DNA of 63,047 nt, filler included, from Octopus bimaculoides (taxonomy: Eukaryota): the NCBI RefSeq assembly GCF_001194135.2. It is 8 parts of 7 records of this genome, joined end to end, with 100 filler letters (N's around TTAATTAATTAA, not from the genome) between each part and the next. Parts side by side here need not be neighbours in the genome. Positions count along the whole stretch, not along the records: positions 34,448 to 40,633 come from NC_068990.1; positions 40,734 to 56,389 come from NC_068982.1; 6 more parts are not named here. One strand, written 5' to 3'. Below are positions 39,592-53,189 of this stretch, one piece after another. A program made the translations under genes and the position numbers. The first letter of the stretch is position 1. Each line of letters begins with the position of its first letter. The notes beneath the pieces were generated by a model. The model did no database searches and was not told where the DNA came from. It was given only the letters and a program-made list of their open reading frames with translations.

Positions 39592-40100
39592 TATCAGCAG
39601 CTGCATCACATTCACCATCATCTCCAATTTCATCATCCTCGTGACAATAACATCACCACTATCATCAAAACTTTCACCATCAAAATTCTCAACATAATGA
39701 CTACCACCACCACCATCATCATCATCACCATGTCACCACCATCATTGCAGTTATCACCACTACCGTCCATATCATCATTGCTGTCATTACCATCCTTCCA
39801 ATCATCTTCATCACCACCATCATCGCCATCACTAACATCACCATCATCTCCATCATTATCACCATTATCATAAGCTTTGGCACCAGCATCATCACACTCA
39901 TACCGTCCTTTTCACCATCATCATTATCACCATGGCTACTTTCACAATCACTGCTATCATCATCACAATCGCCATCAACATTGTTTCCGCCATCACTATC
40001 GCTGTAAACCTCAGCATCCTAATAAATATCACATCGGTTGGTTCCGAGCATCATCTACCCGTATTATACCCCCGCCCCTTACTTATCTCTTGTAATATCC
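38150..40100 (+). repeat. Long (CAT/CAC/TAC)n low-complexity region
   Basis: Degenerate trinucleotide repeats giving poly-H/I/M ORFs in several frames. Confidence 0.85.
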
Positions 40101-40733
40101 CAATCATTTTACCATTAATACTAACACAAACAAAAACAGCTCAATAACGAAAGCGACAATGAAGTCAATAAAGTCGACAAAAACCATGGATAACGTGTCG
40201 ATGGTGATGATAACAGTAATATTAACGACTACAATATATTACCATTCCACTACACTACCATAAACACCCGCCAATACGAATAGCAGCCGTAATGGGGTAG
40301 TGGCGGCAGCAGCAGGAATAGCGTCTGTGGCATTACTGCATCTTATAAAGATGGGCAGATAAATACTGATGAACTCTGAATAAGGATTGAAACTAACACA
40401 GCCGATCCTTCGTTTACTCTCCGCTAGCAGCTACTTTCAATAAAAAACAATATTCATGAATGCACAGTATATTTAAGTTTAAAACGTTATAAGAGAACGC
40501 CTGCCGCGTTTACAGATGTAAATACTACTCCCAATAGACAGACTTCGACTTTCTCTATACAAAGGGTTTTTAATCCAATATTTTCATTGTTCGATATTAA
40601 TGTATATATGTATATATATATATATATATATATNNNNNNNNNNNNNNNNNNNNNNNNNNNNNNNNNNNNNNNNNNNNTTAATTAATTAANNNNNNNNNNN
40701 NNNNNNNNNNNNNNNNNNNNNNNNNNNNNNNNN

Positions 40734-40772
<39 letters not shown>

Positions 40773-40889
40773 ATATCGTGTGCAATACTGACTCTACAGC
40801 ATTAATATACACAGAAAATTTCAAAGTCGACTGAAACTGTTTAACGCGCCATCAATCGTATCACATTTTACAGCTTAAAACATAACAAC

Positions 40890-40927
<38 letters not shown>

Positions 40928-41763
40928 CATCAACAACACTAGCAAGAAGAAGAAGAAGAAGAAGAAGAAGAAGAAGAAGGTAATGATGATGGTGATAAAC
41001 AACACCAGCAATAATATCGATTTCAACAATAATAACAGCAATAACAATAATAACAGTGTTGAATGTAAAGGAAGATGATGGTGTGCTGTTCAAAGGTGAA
41101 GAACAGAGGGTGAAATATGTTTCTTACATCCAGTCGACGCATTGAAACCAGACCTAAATATCAGCATTAAGATCCCCTAAGGCCTTTTAAATGCACTGAT
41201 GTACAGCTATATGTGGAACACACGCGCAAAAAAAAAATGCCTATCCTATTCGTGTTGGTTCGATACAAGTTAGAATCCATGCCTTCAGGCAAGCATCAGT
41301 AACGACAAAAAGTAAATGCAAGACGAGATTATGTCGCCTAAGTTTTTTTTTTCATAAGCACAAGAGCTGAAAACAGAAACAACGATGAGTCAGCAAGAGA
41401 GATTCTATGCGATCGTATCGACGTGCAAGAAATAGAACTCAGTTCTCGTACGTACCATGTCCTACTCTCTGAAAATATTGTACGGACTAGCTGCATATGG
41501 ATAATGTTATCCTTTTGAGGAAAAAAGACCAGAATTGTTACAGCAGGAACACTTTTGGTAATGTAGTTTCTCGATTAGTTCTTGCCTGACATTAAACAAC
41601 ATCATTATATCAGACCCAGGTGTCTTTAAAAGCAAGGACACTTTAGATATTACAGTCCTAGATACATTAAACCTGTACTTAAAGAAAGGTGGTTGTCATG
41701 ACTGCAATGCGTTTGATTATATATCTGATCGATTCAGTCTGACCTAGTGGAAGATACGCTTTC

Positions 41764-41811
<48 letters not shown>

Positions 41812-42679
41812 CAATGTTAATTCTCTAAATGAAGTATTAACAGTAACTGCACGATAAAGTGNNNNNNNNNNNNNNNNNNNNNNNNNNNNNNNNNNNNNNN
41901 NNNNNNNNNNNNNNNNNNNNNNNNNNNNNNNNNNNNNNNNNNNNNNNNNNNNNNNNNNNNNNNNNNNNNNNNNNNNNNNNNNNNNNNNNNNNNNNNNNNN
42001 NNNNNNNNNNNNNNNNNNNNNNNNNNNNNNNNNNNNNNNNNNNNNNNNNNNNNNNNNNNNNNNNNNNNNNNNNNNNNNNNNNNNNNNNNNNNNNNNNNNN
42101 NNNNNNNNNNNNNNNNNNNNNNNNNNNNNNNNNNNNNNNNNNNNNNNNNNNNNNNNNNNNNNNNNNNNNNNNNNNNNNNNNNNNNNNNNNNNNNNNNNNN
42201 NNNNNNNNNNNNNNNNNNNNNNNNNNNNNNNNNNNNNNNNNNNNNNNNNNNNNNNNNNNNNNNNNNNNNNNNNNNNNNNNNNNNNNNNNNNNNNNNNNNN
42301 NNNNNNNNNNNNNNNNNNNNNNNNNNNNNNNNNNNNNNNNNNNNNNNNNNNNNNNNNNNNNNNNNNNNNNNNNNNNNNNNNNNNNNNNNNNNNNNNNNNN
42401 NNNNNNNNNNNNNNNNNNNNNNNNNNNNNNNNNNNNNNNNNNNNNNNNNNNNNNNNNNNNNNNNNNNNNNNNNNNNNNNNNNNNNNNNNNNNNNNNNNNN
42501 NNNNNNNNNNNNNNNNNNNNNNNNNNNNNNNNNNNNNNNNNNNNNNNNNNNNNNNNNNNNNNNNNNNNNNNNNNNNNNNNNNNNNATATATATATATTAT
42601 ATATATATATATATATTATATATTATATATTATATATTATATATCATATATTATATAATATATATGTAGTTGAAATTTG

Positions 42680-44075
42680 AAATTTACAGTAGAACAAAAG
42701 ACGAAGACAGGTGTATAAACAACAAGGAGGTGTATTAGTTTGACGCTCGGGAAGGTGAGAAAGTCTTTTACGTTTCGAGCCTACGATCTTCAACAGAAAG
42801 GAACACGACAAAATAAACAGAGAGAATTAAAAAAAAAACTTGGGGATTTAGCGGTCAATCATAGTGACTGGTTGGAAAAAGGTAGTTGGAGGGGAGAGCT
42901 AGGAAGAAGAGAAGATAATAAAGTGCTGGTGATCCCAAAACGAAGGTGTGCGTGCGTGTGTGTATGTGTGAAAGTATGTGTGTGCGCGCGGATAGGAGCT
43001 GGTGACTTTGACGTGTAGATGTCTGCGTGTGTGTGTGTGTGTGTGTGTGTACGTCTGTGCGTCTGTAATGTGTGGGTGTGTGGATGATGGTGTGGGCGCT
43101 GGGAAGTGGTCAACGTTAGTGTGTGCGGAGTGGTGTGGGGTGGTGTGATGTGATGTGGTGGTTTGTGGTGGTGTGNNNNNNNNNNNNNNNNNNNNNNNNN
43201 NNNNNNNNNNNNNNNNNNNNNNNNNNNNNNNNNNNNNNNNNNNNNNNNNNNNNNNNNNNNNNNNNNNNNNNNNNNNNNNNNNNNNNNNNNNNNNNNNNNN
43301 NNNNNNNNNNNNNNNNNNNNNNNNNNNNNNNNNNNNNNNNNNNNNNNNNNNNNNNNNNNNNNNNNNNNNNNNNNNNNNNNNNNNNNNNNNNNNNNNNNNN
43401 NNNNNNNNNNNNNNNNNNNNNNNNNNNNNNNNNNNNNNNNNNNNNNNNNNNNNNNNNNNNNNNNNNNNNNNNNNNNNNNNNNNNNNNNAGAGAGGTGGGT
43501 AAGAGTGAAGAGAGGAAGTAGCAGTCAGATGAAGAGAGGAGAGGAGGGAATCAGACGAAGAGGGGAGGGAGTTGAACACAAAGGAGCGAAGAGAGAAGTT
43601 TAATTTCTATTCACGGCAAAGGCAGGAGTCCGGATGGCCACTATGCAAAGAGAATCCGAACACAGACAGGTGTTGTAATAAATGACTGGCAGAGGGGAAA
43701 TGGCGCGAGACCGGGTCTCATTGCCGAGTCCAGTATCCCCGCGGTCAGTCACGTTTGACCGATGTACAGAGAAGGGCAGAAAGAGCAGGAGATGCAGTAA
43801 ATGACGTTGCTAGAAGTGCAAGTAAAGAAGTCAGTGATATGATAGGGACGATGTTGGGTGCCTGTGAGGATGGTGGTGTTGGAGTGGTAGGGGCAAGTGT
43901 GGAAGCATGGGTAGGAGCAGGGGAACGAGCCAGGTTGGGAGTTGGGGTTAGGGAAGAAACTGTGGACCAGGAGGTCACGTAGGTTTGAAGGAGGCAAGGG
44001 GTAGGTTGGGGAAGATGTGCGAAGTGGAGGGTCGGACTGGAGTCGCCACAAAATTTATCTTCGTCTGTTAAGAAA
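42680..44075 (-). mobile_element. Penelope-like element 3' part: GIY-YIG endonuclease relic and terminal repeat with degenerate hammerhead
   Basis: PPSNLRDLLV...FTCTSSNVIYCISCSFCPSLYIGQT (ORF 43749-44051). Hammerhead-like CTTT-CTGTTGA-A-GATC-GTAG-GCTC-GAAA-CG-T-A-AAAG at 42800-42765. Confidence 0.85.
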
Positions 44076-46322
44076 GGCGCATCTATTTTGGAAACAGCTG
44101 TAAGAGACCTAATGCAAACCTTCTTATTCCCTTACTTTTACATGATATTCTGTGTTTTAACAATTCTATTGAAATAAAACTGCGATTATGCTCAAATATA
44201 TAAATTCCATGCTCTAAACTAATACCAATTGTTTGCTTGTTTACTTTTTATTTCTACCGTACATGTACCTGCTCAGTGATAAACCACTTATAGACATTCA
44301 TTGCTAAGCAACTACAATACTGCTTTTTGATTTACTTGCAGTTTAAGTCGGAGTTTTAGGTGGTAAATCTAAGCACTTAAATACCTACTATATTACGACA
44401 TTGACACGATTTTACCTGAACTTTATCTCTTCCCCTCTCTCATTCTCTCTCTCTCTATCTCTCTCTCTCTCTTTATACATATATATCAGTATGTATATGT
44501 ATGTATGCATGTATGTATGCATGTATGTATGATGTATGTCTGTATGCATGTATATATGCATGTATGTATGTATATGCACATACTATATGTGAATCCACGC
44601 ATGTGCGTATACCAATCTGTATTCTGTACTTTTTTGCTTAATCGTAAGCAATTACAGTTAATTATATTGTGCTTATGTGTATGTATGCGTGTGTGCGCTA
44701 GTGCGCGTGTTTGGGGTGTATATGCGTGTATGTGTGTACTAAATGAACATCTATGTTACTATTTGTTCAGCTATTGTTAACATAATTAATATAGTGAGTA
44801 TGAAAAATTGAATGAGAAATTAATATATGGTGAGAAAAGAAAAATTACCACAATTTTGATTATTTCTATAAGTCCGGGAAAAAAATTTCGTTTATCATTA
44901 GATAATTAACCTCAACGAATTGTCTCTGACACTATTAATTTGGAATTGAAAAAGTCATGAATAAATCTGAAATTAGTTATACCTGTCAACTGGTAAATAA
45001 ATTTTATATTTGTACAATATGTCGCTGGTTTCACAGATAATTCGATGGATATTAACATAGCGCAAACTTCGGCTTTATAAATGGCTATAAAATAGCTATA
45101 CATTAATCACTTTTTAGTTGTTTTTGACTATGATTGAACGCCACACTCAGAATATATCACGAATGAATAACTGTGATTTTAGTACAATCTGTAATGCAAT
45201 GGTCTAGCAAACGATAGATATCTGGTGCCATTTCAATCAGTGAATATATTGTTCTTTTTGCTGAAAAGAAATTTTTTAAACACTAGAAAAATATCCTATG
45301 AGTGTATGAATTATCTCAAGTATGTGTCTGCAATGAATTTCAGCATAAACATTATGAGGCGACGAAATGGTAGGAATCGTTTGCAATGCGGGCAAAATGC
45401 TTAGCGGCATCTCATCTTTACGTTTTGAGTTGAAATTCCACCGAGGCGACTTTGCCTTTCACCCTTTCGGGATCGATAAAATAAGTGCCAGTTGAGTACT
45501 AGGGTCGATGTAATCGACTTACCCCTCTCCCACCCACACCCACACGCACATCAAACTTGCTGGCCTTGTGTCAACATTCGCAACTAAAACATCATTAAAC
45601 TGTAAACCTAGATAAGCACTTATACACGATCAAAAAAAAAGGGGGGGGGATCGAAAGCTATTCCGTTTTTAAAAGAAAAAAAATACCATTTAGTTTATTT
45701 GATGTATACATGCTGTTTGGAAGACCATTGTCAACGCGAGTTAACTGAAATCACGTACAATTAGAAAGTTCAATTTCTTAGTAGATTAAACGTACACACA
45801 CACATGCTCGCATACACATACACACAAGCATACACATAGATACACATGTCTGCAGAAGTTGTCTCTCAGTTTCTCTCCAACATGGGCAATAGAGTGTTCC
45901 ATCCGTCCTTAGAACCATAGTAATGGCTGGAACTAATATAATCATATGAGATCTATTAGATCAAGGCTGCTCTGAAGCTACATAACAAAACGATACCAGC
46001 CATGGTGATCACAGGATTTGGGTTTCGCTTGGATGTGAAACACGTAACATGTAGAACGGCTGAAGACTGGAAAGGAAAACAATACATTGAACTTTCTATT
46101 ATGAAGCCAAGTTTGGTATAATAGTTCTGGTGCCAAGTCAGTAGGTATTGCCTTCGAGTTGAATAAATTTTCAATCAGTTCTCACTACAATCAAATAGCG
46201 CAAAGTGTAACTTTGCTTATAGCTAAAGGTTGAAGAGTGGTTGAAGAGACTCAGCCGATCGAAACAGTCTACAACTCATCATTTGTAGCGTGAATTGTAT
46301 GCATAGACAGACCCACAGACAA

Positions 46323-46367
<45 letters not shown>

Positions 46368-46433
46368 CGTGTGCGTGTGCATGCATACATGCATATTTAT
46401 GTACGTACATCGTGTTTGATATGTTGCTTGGTT

Positions 46434-46535
<102 letters not shown>

Positions 46536-47162
46536 GTATATAGGTATGCATATGCATACATGTATACAGCTTGTTTATTTTGATTTAGAGGCCAGTTTCA
46601 ACACGCCCATCCACACTATTCAATTCCTACATTTGAAATCATTTAAACTACACTCTATTCAATGCCATCGCAATAGAATAACACAGAAAGATCTAAAAAA
46701 ATAAATATGTAAATAAACATAGTGTATTTTTAACTTGGAATAATATAGGTGGCTTTCTAAACATGATTTTCTCACTAGCGAACAGAGAGTCTTATTCTCT
46801 TGTGAGAATCATTCTCTAATGTTCTTTCAACATTAACATTGAACAACATACTCTAACAATCGATAACAAACACGCTTGCGCAAGACAAAATAAGTTAGTG
46901 AAGTCCATTTTATGTAATGATCATTCGACCGAAACTAATACTCTAACACATAACAATTGCCTTTTTCTCACTCTGCTGCTGGTTTCTGATCAACCAAATG
47001 CTCAGCTAATCCTTCCATATTACATTGCAATTGAAAACTAATACACTGGATGAGACGTTGGAACATATGATTGATTGAACATTAAACTGGTTAATAGCTT
47101 TCAACTCATTTTATTTAACAGAACATGAATAGCTGAAGAATTGTACAACAAATAAAGAATGC

Positions 47163-47196
<34 letters not shown>

Positions 47197-47477
47197 TAGG
47201 TGCAGGTTTTGCTGTGTGGTTAAGAAGCCCTCTTTCTTATAATATGGTTTTGGGTTCAGTGTCATTATACGGCACCTTGGACAAGTGTCGTCAACTGTTA
47301 CCCAGACCGACTAATGCCCTGTGAGTTAATTTCGTAGTCAGAAACTGTGTAGAATCTTGTCGTATATGTGTGTGTTTGCCTCTGTGTGTTAGTGTTTGAC
47401 CCTGACTACCGCTTGAAACTGGTTTTGCTTTCTTTAAGTTTCTGTAACTTAATGGTTCTGCAAAAGAGTGCGGTTTA

Positions 47478-48745
47478 CGAGGGAGAGCTGAAAAGTTCCT
47501 GGCTTGGGTAAAAGGAAATACAAGAGGATCAGTTAATTATTATTTTATTCTATATATTTGCCTCTCAGATTTACGCACTTATTGCAGCGGTCCTTCAGTT
47601 TTGCTAAGCCCTATAAAGATAATTCGGAAGTTTGAGGCTTACAGCCAAGCCTCTGTTACAGTGATCACTTCTGAATCGGAGTGAAATTTCGTTTCCTTGA
47701 GATGTCTCTTCTGTTGTGGAAAGAGGTGATAGTCAGAGGGGTCCAAGTCAGGAGACCAAAGCGGGTAGTCTACCAATTCGAAGCCAGAGTCGCGTATTTT
47801 CTGTAGAGTTTCATGTGCTGTGTGTGCTGGTGCTTCGCCCTGCAAAAGCAGGACACCACGGCTCAGCTTTCCACGGCGTTTCTGCTTCAAAACTTCAAGC
47901 AGTTCGTCCAACGGAGACGTAGTATTCTGTGCTGATGGTGCGACTCTTTGATAACTATTTTACGAGTTCTCCGTATTTGTCTCAGAACAGTGAAGCCAGA
48001 ATCTTTCTGGCTAACTTCTGGATCCGAAACTTCTTGGGACGCGGTGAACCGTTGTGGCACTAATCCATTGATTGCTGCTTGGTCTGGAGATCATAATAAT
48101 AAATCCAAATTTCATCCATAGTGACAAAACGAGTCATAAAATCATCCTGTCCCGCTGCAAACCGGTCCAAAATCACCTTTGATGTCGTCGCTCTGATATG
48201 CTTCCTATCTGCGTTCAGGTATTTCGGCACCCGTTTTGTGAAAAGCTTTCTATGTCCAGAATGTTGTGGATGATGTTGCCAACTCTTTCGTGGGAAATTC
48301 CTCGAATCTCAATTATGGCTTTAGTTGAAATCCGGCTGTCTTTGAAAACCATGACGTGCACAGCGTCGGCTTTGTTCTCTTCAGCCGTGGAAGTTGGCCG
48401 TCCCGACCAGGATTCATCTATGACCTTCAAATGACCGGTCCAAACCCTGGACATCCGGTTTTTTTCCCTGTGGAATAAGATGAGCAGCCATCCTTCAAGA
48501 CTTCCTTTCGCCAATCCCTTGTCTTGCAAAAAGAGAAACTTCATGACCACCCGTACTTCAATATTATCAAAACCTACTGTAGGAACTGCCATCATGTGTT
48601 AAATCTCTTAAAAAGAGAAAGATATATTGCATAGCATCATGACTTTCTGCACATCTACTAAACATTTGTCCTACCTCCCCTGTAAAAGTAACAGCTTTAC
48701 CCTTTTGTGATACTCTTAAAGTCAGGGACTTTTCAGCACTCCTTG
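47478..48745 (-). mobile_element. Full-length degenerate mariner transposon
   Basis: TIRs cgagggagagctgaaaagttcctg / cagggacttttcagcactccttg flanked by TA. Transposase pieces DESWSGRP and WSPDLDPSDYHLF. Confidence 0.9.
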
Positions 48746-49445
48746 TAATAATTATCAGACATAAAAATATACATAAGTATTGGGGTCTATTTGTTCGACT
48801 AAAACCCCAGCTTGGCTGCAGTCTAATGAGTAAAACAAAGTAAAATAAATAATTGCATTGCAATACTACACGTACGCTTATGCTGTACTGTTTTGCAATG
48901 GTGTATATGTGCGTCTTGGAAATACTGCTATATATATACTGCTATAAATACTAATGTATATATATATATATATATTCTGTTATATATATATATACTGGGT
49001 ATATATAGTTCCTCTAGATAATTTTAAGTATAGTGTGAAGAGATATTTTTGTGTCGTTCGTTGCAAAATATGTTGTCTTTTCTATGGTATAGGAGCGGTT
49101 TGAAAATATTTTAGTGTCCTTGTTATTTACTAGATTAAACACTCATATAAGAATATAACTTAATTCTTCGTTCGTGGTTTTGAAGGTTATAATTACCTCT
49201 TTTATTTGTTTCACTCATTGGAATGCGGCTACACTGGGGCACCGTCTTAAACCGTTTAGTCGCATAAGTCAAAATCAATATATGCATTTTTATGCCCGGT
49301 ACTTACTTATTCTATCGCTTCTTTTTACGAATCGCTAATGTTACTGAGAGGTAAAGAAAAAAAAAACAGTTATGAAGCGCTGTGTGAGTGACAAACAAAC
49401 ACAAAGACAAAATCACACGCATGCATGCGCGCGCGCGCGCGTGGG

Positions 49446-49592
49446 AGAAGAAGAAGAAGAAGAAGAAGAAGAAGAAGAAGAAGAAGAAGAAGAAGAAGAA
49501 GAAGAAGAAGAAGAANNNNNNNNNNAAGAAGAAGAAGAAGAAGAAGAAGAAGAAGAAGAAGAAGAAGAAGAAGAAGAAGAAGAAGAAGAAGA
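49446..49592 (+). repeat. (GAA)n microsatellite
   Basis: Direct reading; small internal N gap. Confidence 0.95.
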
Positions 49593-49854
49593 ATGCTAAT
49601 TTTGGCACGGGATCCCAAATTTGGAGAAATAGATACAGTCGATTGAATTGACCAAGTTCATGTTATATATTAAAGGATCTTTTATTTTATGGACCATTGT
49701 TACCCAAACTTTTTTCCTTTTAACTTTCTTGTGTTTTAATTTTACACACACACACTATATATAGAGAGAGAAGGGGAGAGAGAGAGAGAAAGAGAGCTAG
49801 CTAGATAGATAGACAGATAGACAGACGGACGGACAGACAGACAGACAGACAGAC

Positions 49855-49906
<52 letters not shown>

Positions 49907-49967
49907 GGATGGATAGATAGATAGATAGACAGACAGATAGATAGATAGATAGATAGATACGTAGATA

Positions 49968-51402
49968 TTAGGTTGTCAAGTAGGAAATTTGTAGTAAGGT
50001 ATATGGTAAACTTTGACAGCTGTTCATTTTGCGCCATTATTATATTTTGACAATCTTTACTTTTTGTCAGAGAGCTGACTCTATTTCGTTATTCTAACTC
50101 ATTTTGCACTTTATAAAGTATTTATAAATCATTTTTGTTATTTTTGTTTCGGAAATTCGTACAGTTTTGAAATATGAGTTCTTTCTTGGAAATACAGCAT
50201 CACTGACAGCTCGGAATATTAATGGAGTATTTCATTCTAATGAAATACTCAGACTGAAATACACAGCAGACTGTATCAAATTGGTTTGCAAAATTTCATT
50301 CAGGTAACTTTGACCTCACAAGAGCAACGCAGTCGACCAGAAACATAGGTGGATAATGACGAATTGAAAGCCACCGTCGAATCAGATCCATCTCAAAGTG
50401 CCCGTGAATTAATGTCGTACAAAAATCTACTACTTATTTTTGTACAGTTTTATTGAACGTCTGTTTCATTGCTACCCATAAAGTAAGTCTGCACAAATTT
50501 GCGTGACTTCTGAAGTAGTGACAAACGCATTTCATTATGTGTTCCATCAGTTCCGAATGTTTTCATTTAAATACTGAATTATTGTGTTAGCAAGCAAACA
50601 ATATTGACTCACCTAGTTCAAATCGGTAAAGTGAAAAGGTTGGATAAGTGGTTTCCACATGAACTCAATGAAAATCAGAAACAGCAACGTTTGGAAGCCT
50701 GCATTTTGCTACTTTCTCATCCCCAAAATGAATCACTTTTGAATCAAATTGTAACATGTGATGAGAAATGGATCCAATGCAACAACCGTAAACTTTCAGC
50801 ACAATGGTTGAACAAAGACGAGCCAAAAATACACAGTCCAAAAAGCAAAATTCATCAAAAGAAGCTGATGGTGTGTGTTTGGTGGTCTGGTGCAGGTGTG
50901 ATCCATTATGATTTCATCAAACCTGGCTCATCAATTACAGCCGAAGTATACTGCAGCCAACTGGACCAAATGATACAGAAACATACAAAAAACAGCCTAG
51001 ATTAGTCAACAGATCCACTCTTATTTTATTGCAAGTCAACGCTAGACCAAACATTTACAAAAATGACGTTGGCGAAACTACAGGAGTTAGAGTTGAAAGT
51101 TCTCCATCATCCGTTATACTCACCTGATCTCGCCTCCATTGACTACTACTTCTTCCAGAATTTGGATAACGTTTTGACAGGAAAAAATTTTAATTCCGAC
51201 GATGCTGTAAAACAGGCCTTCCAAGATTTAATTGACTCTAGATTGCCAGACTTTTACAGTTCCGGGCGGAACAAGCTACCGCTGAAATGGCAAGAGTGTA
51301 TTGACAATATGGGTGCCATACTTTGATGAATAAAACTATTCCTTGTATTTATAAAACATAAGCAAACTATTTTTTTTACAAATACCATACTTGACGACCT
51401 AA
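49968..51402 (+). mobile_element. Full-length degenerate mariner (Hsmar1/SETMAR-like transposase)
   Basis: TA-flanked TIRs ttaggttgtcaagta / tacttgacgacctaa. Fragments VTCDEKWI, MVCVWW..GVIHY and LHHPLYSPDLASIDYYFF. Confidence 0.92.
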
Positions 51403-52370
51403 TATATATGTATATATATNNNNNNNNNNNNNNNNNNNNNNNNNNNNNNNNNNNNNNNNNNNNNNNNNNNNNNNNNNNNNNNNNNNNNNNNNNNNNNNNN
51501 NNNNNNNNNNNNNNNNNNNNNNNNNNNNNNNNNNNNNNNNNNNNNNNNNNNNNNNNNNNNNNNNNNNNNNNNNNNNNNNNNNNNNNNNNNNNNNNNNNNN
51601 NNNNNNNNNNNNNNNNNNNNNNNNNNNNNNNNNNNNNNNNNNNNNNNNNNNNNNNNNNNNNNNNNNNNNNNNNNNNNNNNNNNNNNNNNNNNNNNNNNNN
51701 NNNNNNNNNNNNNNNNNNNNNNNNNNNNNNNNNNNNNNNNNNNNNNNNNNNNNNNNNNNNNNNNNNNNNNNNNNNNNNNNNNNNNNNNNNNNNNNNNNNN
51801 NNNNNNNNNNNNNNNNNNNNNNNNNNNNNNNNNNNNNNNNNNNNNNNNNNNNNNNNNNNNNNNNNNNNNNNNNNNNNNNNNNNNNNNNNNNNNNNNNNNN
51901 NNNNNNNNNNNNNNNNNNNNNNNNNNNNNNNNNNNNNNNNNNNNNNNNNNNNNNNNNNNNNNNNNNNNNNNNNNNNNNNNNNNNNNNNNNNNNNNNNNNN
52001 NNNNNNNNNNNNNNNNNNNNNNNNNNNNNNNNNNNNNNNNNNNNNNNNNNNNNNNNNNNNNNNNNNNNNNNNNNNNNNNNNNNNNNNNNNNNNNNNNNNN
52101 NNNNNNNNNNNNNNNNNNNNNNNNNNNNNNNNNNNNNNNNNNNNNNNNNNNNNNNNNNNNNNNNNNNNNNNNNNNNNNNNNNNNNNNNNNNNNNNNNNNN
52201 NNNNNNNNNNNNNNNNNNNNNNNNNNNNNNNNNNNNNNNNNNNNNNNNNNNNNNNNNNNNNNNNNNNNNNNNNNNNNNNNNNNNNNTTTCACCTTTTCAA
52301 TATCAGTGAAGAATGTCACTGGAAAAGAAGATATAAGGTTTGCCAGATTTGTCTCTCTCACCAAGGTCAT

Positions 52371-52430
52371 CAGCTGTCGAACGCCGACGAAGGGAAATAA
52401 CCCTGAAATCCGGATACGTTCGTGCTGCTG
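52371..52430 (+). ncRNA. Extended type-I hammerhead ribozyme (near-intact)
   Basis: Stem I CGAACG/CGTTCG (52378-83/52417-22); core CCGACGA (U4>C); stem II AGGG-AAATAA-CCCT; GAAA; palindromic stem III TCCGGA; U-A cleavage site at 52415-52416. Stem I extends via cagc/gctg, tctctcacc/ggtgagagg and tttgcca/tggcaaa. Confidence 0.72.
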
Positions 52431-53189
52431 GTCGAGGTGAGAGGGATAACTCCCTTGGCAAACAGGACACAGTCGTGTGTCGATAAGCCAGCTGGAGGAG
52501 ATGTCCTCCTGGGGCTAAAAGCAACAGTAACATCCACCCCTAGGGGTCAGCCACACTTAAGTGGCAATATACTACACTTTATCGTGCAGTTACTGTTAAT
52601 ACTTCATATAGAGAATTAACATTGCTTATATATATATATATATATATATATAACGTAAATATGCACACACGCACATATAAGCATGTATGTATAAGTGTAC
52701 ATGTATGTGTATATGAGGGGTGCATACACGCGTGTATTTATATACTATATTTATGTATGTATTACTCCGAGTCTTAATAGCCATATCTTATTTATAAGGC
52801 ACAGCAAGAAAGAAGTTGCACCCATGATTTTTGCAGGCCCGCGGAGGTAGGTAAGATTAATACAGTTGATGTTCAGTTTGAACATATGCAAACCAGCTGA
52901 AAAATGAAGCGAAGAAGGGAATTCGAGAAGGAAGACGGTGTGAAGAAAGGAAATGGATGAAGTAATAAATGCGAGGCCTGGGGTGCCAGGCAACATTTGG
53001 GTCACGGAAGGAGAGACAGATGTGTTGGTGTGATGTGTTATGCAAGTACAAAAGAGATACAAACGCTAGCCTACGATTTTGTATTTTACAACGTATTGCA
53101 GTAATATATAGCCAAACATTTATCGGAAAATATGTGTGTGTGCGTGTGTGTGTGTGTCATTATTCAGTTTATTTCAAGATTTCTTGCCA

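Noticed and set aside
38789-39697. His-, Ser- and Met-rich ORFs
   Set aside because: Derived from (CAT)n/(CAC)n repeats; open in several frames with no splice support.
40360-40400. CTGATGA...GAAAC as a hammerhead
   Set aside because: Stem II pairing is poor and there is no stem I partner.
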